Shown here: positions 58,740 to 64,000 of the stretch, in pieces
Position numbering within the stretch: the first letter of the stretch is position 1
Layout: each line of letters opens with the position of its first letter
Source: Myxococcota bacterium
GTDB lineage: Bacteria; Myxococcota_C; UBA6777
Direction: 5' to 3'
Length of the DNA: 64,000 bases
NCBI GenBank assembly: GCA_963169055.1
Contig: CAUJFU010000170.1
Location: 202 to 64,201 of the forward strand
Notes under the pieces: model-generated
Seen by the model: only the letters and a program-made list of their open reading frames with translations
Databases searched by the model: none
What the model was told of the DNA's origin: nothing
Translations under genes and position numbers: made by a program

Positions 58740-61472
58740 ATGTCGAAGAAAAACAAGCCAGTCGAACAGGGGGGGCGTGAAGCCTTACACGAGATCGAAG
58801 GGATCAAAGGTTTAAGCCGTCAGGAAGTCGCGCAGCGTGTTGCAGAGGGCCGAATCAACGCGGTGAAGCGTGAGACCTCTCGAACTTACCAAGGGATTGT
58901 TCTCTCGAATTTGTTCAACGTCTTTAACTTGGTGGTGTTTTCGATTGCAGCGGTGCTGGTTGCGTTGTTCTTTGTATTTGGCGACAAGCGAACGCTGTAC
59001 GATAGCCTTGCGATCGGGACTGTGGCGATCGTGAATTCCGTCATTTCCATGATCCAAGAGATCCGAGCGAAGATCGCACTGGACAAGATCGTGGCGTTAT
59101 CACGCTCGATGTCCTCGGTGGTTCGGGAGGGATCAGCACAGGATATCGCGATGGATGATATCGTGGCGGGGGATGTGGTGTGGGTGAAGCGAGGTGATCA
59201 AGTCCCCGTAGATGGGGAGGTTCTGGCTTCGAGGCATTGTGAGGTGGACGAGTCGCTGTTGACGGGAGAATCCGAGTACATCTTCAAAGAAGGCGGAGAT
59301 GCGGTGCGTTCGGGTTCGTTTTGTGTGGCGGGGATGGCGCTGATTCGCGCAGAAAAAGTGGGGGCGGAAAGCTATATCCACAAGCTTGCGCGTGAAGTGC
59401 GTTCGTACAAACGGTTTGTGTCACCGTTGCAGCGAAGCATCGACCGTTTGGTGCAGGTGATGATCGGTTTGGCGGTGATCTTGGGTGTGTTGGTGGTGGG
59501 GCGTGCATTATCCGACTTTTTGCTGAAGAGTGCGGCAGCATTGCCCGCGAGCCTACCGATGACGGCGGCAACAAGCGCAGCGACGGCGGCTGCGGTGCAA
59601 GAGATCGCGATCGAGACGACCCGTTCGGTCGCTTCGATCGTCACGTCGATGGTTCCGATCGGCTTGATCTTGTTGACAACGGTGGCCTTTGCGCTCGGTG
59701 TGTTTCGGATATCGCAGCAAGGTGCGCTGATCCAAAAGCTGAATGCTGTCGAATCCTTCGCTCACATCGACACCTTGTGCATGGACAAGACAGGCACACT
59801 GACAAAGAACGAGCTGCAACTGGCCGAAGTGACGCCGCTCGACGATGCGTTGGATCAGACGACGATGCGTGTGTTGTTGGGAGCCTTTGCTCATGGGGCG
59901 ACCGATCAAAACGCCACGTTAGTGGCGATCGCAAAGTCCCAAGAAGCCCCTGCGATGGATATCTCCGAAGAAGTCCCCTTCAACTCAAAGGAAAAGTACA
60001 GCGGTTTGCGCGTGGAGATCCTCGATGTTTCGGACGCACAGGCTGAGGGAGCTTCTTCGGACGTACAGGCTAAGGGAGCCTCTACGGAGGCGAAGAAAGA
60101 GCCTTCGGAAAAAACCAAGGAGCAGGCGTGGACGGGTCGCCCGTTGCGTTTGGTGATGGGGGCCTACGAGCGGCTGCGCCAAGGATTCGCCGAAGAGGCG
60201 AAGCAGCGGGGTGATGCGTTGTTGGCATCCAAACACGGGCTGCGCAATCTGGCCTTCGCGTGTGTGGATGGCGATGCGGGAGATTTTCGTGAGATCGTGA
60301 AGGAGCGGAAGGACGGGTCGTTGCGGTTGCTGGGGATCTTTTCTTTGGTGGATGAGGTACGCCCCGATATCAGCGAGGTGTTGGGGAGGTTTGCGCAGCG
60401 CGGGATTCGGTTGAAGATTATCTCGGGTGATGCGGCAGAAACAGTGCAAGCGGTGGCGCGAGCCTCAGGTTGGCAGGAGTCGACGGAGCGCGTGGTGACG
60501 GGGCCTGAGTTGGATCAGATGACACCCGCGCAGATCGGCGAAGTTGCGCAGCAGCACTCGTTGTTTGCGCGGGTTTCGCCGCAAAACAAGAAAGCATTGA
60601 TCAGCAGCTTACAAGCGCAGAAGCGGTATGTGGCGATGGTGGGAGATGGTGTGAACGATGTGCTTGCGTTGAAGCAAGCACAGTTGGGCGTGGCGATGGG
60701 CGATGGAAACCGCATGTCCAAGGATGTTTCGGATATCGTGTTGCTTAACAATGATTTTGCGATCATGCCGCAAGTGCTGGCCGAAGGCGAGACGATCATC
60801 GGAAACGTCCAATCTTCGGCGAAATTATTTTTGACCAAGAATGTGTATGCTGCAATCTTGATCCTTGCGACGGGGTTTTTGGGCTTGGCCTTTCCGTTTG
60901 TTCCGCGCCATGTGACGATCATCGGCTTTTTTTCGATCAGCGTACCCGCGTTGTTGATCACGTTTAGCAAGCGGATGAGTGGCCTGCCATCGTATTTTTT
61001 GCGAGATGTGTTGCGTTTTACCGCAACGTCAGGATCGATGATCGCGGGTGCTGCGTTGGTTTCCTACTTTCTGTCTCTGGTGGTGTTTCGACAGCCGGTG
61101 GAAGTGGCGCGAGTGGCGTTGTTGACGCAGGTCGTGCTGCTGAGCTTGTTGAACTTTTTGATCATCATCGGACGCGAGCGGATGTGGGAACTTGTGCGGA
61201 AGAACTGGGAGTTGTCGAGCTTCGCCTTGGGATTTGCGGTGTTGTACTTTGTGCTGTTGTTTGTGGTGACCAAGGTTTCGTGGTTGTCGGGATTGGCGTC
61301 GTTTTTGGAGCTTCATCCCTTGTCTTTGCGCGATATCGGCGTTGCCTTGGGTCTTTCGGTGGGGGTGGGGATGGCGATGATCTTGACGCATCAGCGGATC
61401 TTGCGCGATGAACGTGTGCGCGAAGAAGAAGAGCGCCAAGAAGCCGTCGAGTCAGCGAAGTGGACGGCTTAA
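58740..61472 (+). CDS. Cation-translocating P-type ATPase (HAD-IC superfamily)
   Basis: TGES (LTGESEY), phosphorylation site CMDKTGTLT, hinge VGDGVNDVLALKQA, and about 10 TM helices. The TM4 motif reads VPIGL. There is an Ala/Ser/Lys/Glu-rich insertion in the N domain (DAQAEGASSDVQAKGASTEAKKEPSEKTKEQ). ATG 58740 follows GGAGG. Confidence 0.9.
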   Translation: MSKKNKPVEQGGREALHEIEGIKGLSRQEVAQRVAEGRINAVKRETSRTYQGIVLSNLFNVFNLVVFSIAAVLVALFFVFGDKRTLYDSLAIGTVAIVNSVISMIQEIRAKIALDKIVALSRSMSSVVREGSAQDIAMDDIVAGDVVWVKRGDQVPVDGEVLASRHCEVDESLLTGESEYIFKEGGDAVRSGSFCVAGMALIRAEKVGAESYIHKLAREVRSYKRFVSPLQRSIDRLVQVMIGLAVILGVLVVGRALSDFLLKSAAALPASLPMTAATSAATAAAVQEIAIETTRSVASIVTSMVPIGLILLTTVAFALGVFRISQQGALIQKLNAVESFAHIDTLCMDKTGTLTKNELQLAEVTPLDDALDQTTMRVLLGAFAHGATDQNATLVAIAKSQEAPAMDISEEVPFNSKEKYSGLRVEILDVSDAQAEGASSDVQAKGASTEAKKEPSEKTKEQAWTGRPLRLVMGAYERLRQGFAEEAKQRGDALLASKHGLRNLAFACVDGDAGDFREIVKERKDGSLRLLGIFSLVDEVRPDISEVLGRFAQRGIRLKIISGDAAETVQAVARASGWQESTERVVTGPELDQMTPAQIGEVAQQHSLFARVSPQNKKALISSLQAQKRYVAMVGDGVNDVLALKQAQLGVAMGDGNRMSKDVSDIVLLNNDFAIMPQVLAEGETIIGNVQSSAKLFLTKNVYAAILILATGFLGLAFPFVPRHVTIIGFFSISVPALLITFSKRMSGLPSYFLRDVLRFTATSGSMIAGAALVSYFLSLVVFRQPVEVARVALLTQVVLLSLLNFLIIIGRERMWELVRKNWELSSFALGFAVLYFVLLFVVTKVSWLSGLASFLELHPLSLRDIGVALGLSVGVGMAMILTHQRILRDERVREEEERQEAVESAKWTA

Positions 61473-61534
61473 AAACGCCCTCACTTACCCCACACAATCG
61501 ATCGACCAAGCGAGTTCAGCAGGAGCGGAAAGCG

Positions 61535-62281
61535 ATGTTGCGAAGGCCGAAACAAGAGCAGTTGGAAGCGTTGTTGGAAAAGTGGCAAGAGGAGATGCAG
61601 AAGCTCGATGCAGAAAGCTTAGAGCGTCCGGCCTTTTCATCGAAGCGCGCCGAAGTGTTGACGGGAGCGTTGGTGCGGCAATTTGTGACGATTACACCGA
61701 TCGCGGTGAAGAACTTTGATCGCCAACAATGGAAAGAGTACGGGGGTGTGTGGATCTCGATGCACGATCGGCTGTGGTTGTTTGTGGCGGCAGAGCGGGC
61801 GTTTGTGGAGGCTTTGGGAGAGGAGGGGGAAGAATACTTGCGGTTGGTAGAGGAAGTGAGCGGGCGGATGCAAGGCTTGATGCCGTGGGCGCGTGTACTT
61901 GCGCAAGTGGACGAGCAGATCGCAGAGACGCTTGCCGATCTGCAAAGGCCGCGAGACTTGCGCGATCCTGCCGATGAAGCGGTGCGTTTGGTGAGTTTGC
62001 TGCGAGCCAACCAAGGCTTGCTTGGCGATGCGCTGCAATTGCCGGAATCTGCGCTGTTGCCGCTAGATCAAGCAGCGGAAGCGTTGTTGCTGGTTTCCGA
62101 AGAAGCGTTGATGGAGCGCCTTTCTGCGCTTCAAGATACGATGTTTCGGGCCTATACGATCTGGACTCGTGCGTATCGCTTGCTTGCGGTGATGGGGCGC
62201 TTTTTGTTGCGCGAACAAGCCGATGCAGCGGTGAAATTCCCTGATGCCCTGCCTGTACCGATCCTGCCCGTTGTGCCGTGA
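61535..62281 (+). CDS. Hypothetical helical protein
   Basis: ATG 61535 follows AGGAG. The 248-aa protein is helix-rich and acidic. No signal peptide and no motif I recognise. Confidence 0.5.
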   Translation: MLRRPKQEQLEALLEKWQEEMQKLDAESLERPAFSSKRAEVLTGALVRQFVTITPIAVKNFDRQQWKEYGGVWISMHDRLWLFVAAERAFVEALGEEGEEYLRLVEEVSGRMQGLMPWARVLAQVDEQIAETLADLQRPRDLRDPADEAVRLVSLLRANQGLLGDALQLPESALLPLDQAAEALLLVSEEALMERLSALQDTMFRAYTIWTRAYRLLAVMGRFLLREQADAAVKFPDALPVPILPVVP

Positions 62282-62332
62282 AGTTGTACGATATTCGAGA
62301 GAAGTGTGTATGAAGGGTAGGTGTGATCCGCT

Positions 62333-62383
62333 GTAGATGCCCGATGGTTGGGCAGCCACAGGGGGCTGCCCCTACAAATGCGG
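62333..62383. repeat. Fourth copy, inverted, fused head-to-head with a partial copy to form a long hairpin
   Basis: 62333-62359, GTAGATGCCCGATGGTTGGGCAGCCAC, is the reverse complement of GTGGCTGCCCAA-CCATC-GGGCATCTAC. It is followed by ACAGGG-GGCTGCCCCTACAAATGCGG. GGGCAGCC/GGCTGCCC form a perfect 8-bp stem. The element lies between convergent genes. Confidence 0.6.
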
Positions 62384-62428
62384 ATTACACCGTGGGCGGA
62401 TTTCGTATTCGTGAGATTCTCGGAAAGA

Positions 62429-64000
62429 TCAGGGGATCTCTTCGAGGATCTCGACATAACCGAGATCACCGTTAACGCGCACGCGCTGGCCTGTTTTGAT
62501 CAGCTTGGTGGCGTTTGGAACGGAGACGACCGCAGGGATGCCGTATTCGCGTGCGACCACCGAGCCATGCGTCATCAACCCCCCCACCTCCATCACAAGG
62601 CCCGCTGCGTGGATAAACAGCGGTGTCCAGCCCGGATCGGTAAACGGAGCCACCAAGATCTCGCCGTGGTGAAGGCTCGATTCGGAGGGGTCGAGGATCA
62701 CACGTGCGATCCCTTCGACGATTCCGGCACTTGCACGACTACCCACCAATGCTCCTGCCGGGAGATTTTCACGCCGAAGCTCTGCGATCACGATCTCTCC
62801 ATGTTGGGTGAGGATGCGTGGGGGCGATAACTGCGTAAACCGCTCATGTTCGGCTTTCCGTTGTTGGATGATCTTTTTCCAATCCGCTGGTGGGGTGGAT
62901 GGGAGGGCGGGCTGAGAGGGATGTTGCGCGTGCTGCTGGACGATCTCTTGGATATCTTCGAGTGTGAGAAAGTCGATGTCTTTGGGATCGTCGAGCCATC
63001 CGCTGTGATGGAGTGCTTTGGCTTCTTGGGAAAGAAGCTCGCGCAAAAGGCCCATCAAACGGATCAAACAGAACTTGGGATGTTCGCGGATGCCCATGAG
63101 ATCGCGGTGAACGCGCACCCAACGCTTGACCAACGGACCACGCCACCAACCTCCCGACATCTGTCGAGCGTGGGCAATCAAGCGTTTTCCGGCTTCTTCG
63201 GCTTCTTGGATCAGTCTGTGGTGACGCTGGCGGTGCTGGCCTGCGGCTTCACTTTTGAGATTGCCTGCGATGGTTTGCAAGAGAGGACTCGGATCATCGG
63301 ACCAGCGCGGTCGTGTGATATCGATCTCGCAAGCCCCACGCATCCCATAATTGCGCAAAAAATCCGTAAGAGCCTCGCAAAAAGCCTCGCCGCCTTCGAC
63401 CTGCTTGAGCGTCGAAAGCACCGATGCCTTGGGCTCTTTTTGAATCTTTTCGGATACGGCAGGAAAGCGCCTTGCGACCTCTGCAAGATCCGCGACATGC
63501 AGATCCATCTCTGTGGTGACGTTGCCTTCGTATCCCCTTGTTAAGTCGATGATATCTGGATCGTGAGCGTCTTTCTTGCACAACGTCGCGACCAAGCGCT
63601 GCGAGAGAATGCCGCCCATCATCAACGGCAAGAACTTTCGTGCAAGGTGCGTGCGGAAAATAGAACGAAGGATCTCCAACATCCGCCCGAAGCGAGCAGG
63701 GCCTTGTGCAAAAGAAGAAAGGTCGCGCTGAACATCGGCGATCAATTGATGGAGTTCGTTGGTTTTGGTGGGGACGAGATTGCGGGTGTTCGACCACAAA
63801 AGCAACGACAGAGCGCGCAAGAAAGCGGGGCCGATGATGCGCAAAGGCCGAGACAGAGCGATCTTGTGTCCTGAGCGAGTTTGTTCGAGAAATTCTGGGC
63901 GTTCGACAAAAGCCTCCAAAGAGGCGGACATCCGTTCATCGGCAAGAAAGATCAGCTTGGGAAAGCGCGTGCGCAAGCGCGGATGGTTGAGTAGCGGCGT
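62429..64000 (-). CDS. PEP-utilising enzyme (PpsA / rifampicin-phosphotransferase-like), C-terminal part; the N-terminus lies beyond the window end
   Basis: The C-terminal swivelling phospho-His domain GIVEGIARVI...GEILVAPFTDPGWTPLFIHAAGLVMEVGGLMTHGSVVAREYGIPAVV is a PEP-utilisers mobile-domain signature. The reading frame is still open at base 64000 (upstream of the ATG at 63976 it reads ...TPLLNHPRL). Confidence 0.85.
   Translation of the reverse strand, partial: TPLLNHPRLRTRFPKLIFLADERMSASLEAFVERPEFLEQTRSGHKIALSRPLRIIGPAFLRALSLLLWSNTRNLVPTKTNELHQLIADVQRDLSSFAQGPARFGRMLEILRSIFRTHLARKFLPLMMGGILSQRLVATLCKKDAHDPDIIDLTRGYEGNVTTEMDLHVADLAEVARRFPAVSEKIQKEPKASVLSTLKQVEGGEAFCEALTDFLRNYGMRGACEIDITRPRWSDDPSPLLQTIAGNLKSEAAGQHRQRHHRLIQEAEEAGKRLIAHARQMSGGWWRGPLVKRWVRVHRDLMGIREHPKFCLIRLMGLLRELLSQEAKALHHSGWLDDPKDIDFLTLEDIQEIVQQHAQHPSQPALPSTPPADWKKIIQQRKAEHERFTQLSPPRILTQHGEIVIAELRRENLPAGALVGSRASAGIVEGIARVILDPSESSLHHGEILVAPFTDPGWTPLFIHAAGLVMEVGGLMTHGSVVAREYGIPAVVSVPNATKLIKTGQRVRVNGDLGYVEILEEIP

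Overview
This is a 64-kb, densely coding chromosomal window that looks GC-rich by eye. I call 44 CDS, two of them cut by the window ends. I recognised no rRNA, tRNA, CRISPR array, transposase or integrase. The gene content looks Myxococcota-like (possibly Bdellovibrionota-like): eukaryotic-type Ser/Thr kinases with PEGA tails, an FHA protein with an AgmX/PglI-type C-terminal domain, a sigma-54 activator, and many TPR, PEGA and lipoprotein envelope proteins.

Layout:
- 1-11.3 kb: signalling genes. These are a Ser/Thr kinase, a pseudokinase, a soluble histidine kinase, TPR and HEAT proteins, and an NtrY/NtrX-like two-component pair.
- 12-14 kb: an ABC-F ATPase.
- 14.2-32.4 kb: one co-directional plus-strand array. 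It holds lipoproteins, an Opp/Dpp-type ABC importer with two substrate-binding-protein paralogs, two Cys-module membrane paralogs, a TolB-like propeller and a PEGA protein.
- 32.4-47.8 kb: a converging minus-strand array. Its gene order and domain architectures match the Myxococcus Glt (gliding) / Nfs (spore-coat) trans-envelope machines, and it is headed by two PEGA paralogs.
- 48-64 kb: a PEGA-tailed Ser/Thr kinase, an RpoH-like sigma factor, queA, an 8x Cys-rich-repeat protein with a CxxCH module, PBP1C, a metal cluster (COG0523-like protein, Fur/Zur-like regulator, P-type ATPase), and a truncated PEP-utilising enzyme.

The most interesting signal is the roughly 33-kb envelope supercluster at 14.2-47.8 kb. 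It combines a compact single-locus Glt/Nfs-like core with uncharacterised PEGA/TPR/Cys-module paralog families, a TolB-like protein and an embedded ABC importer. A small family of intergenic palindromic repeats is also present.

All functional calls rest on motifs I read in the translations and on synteny. No database search was run.
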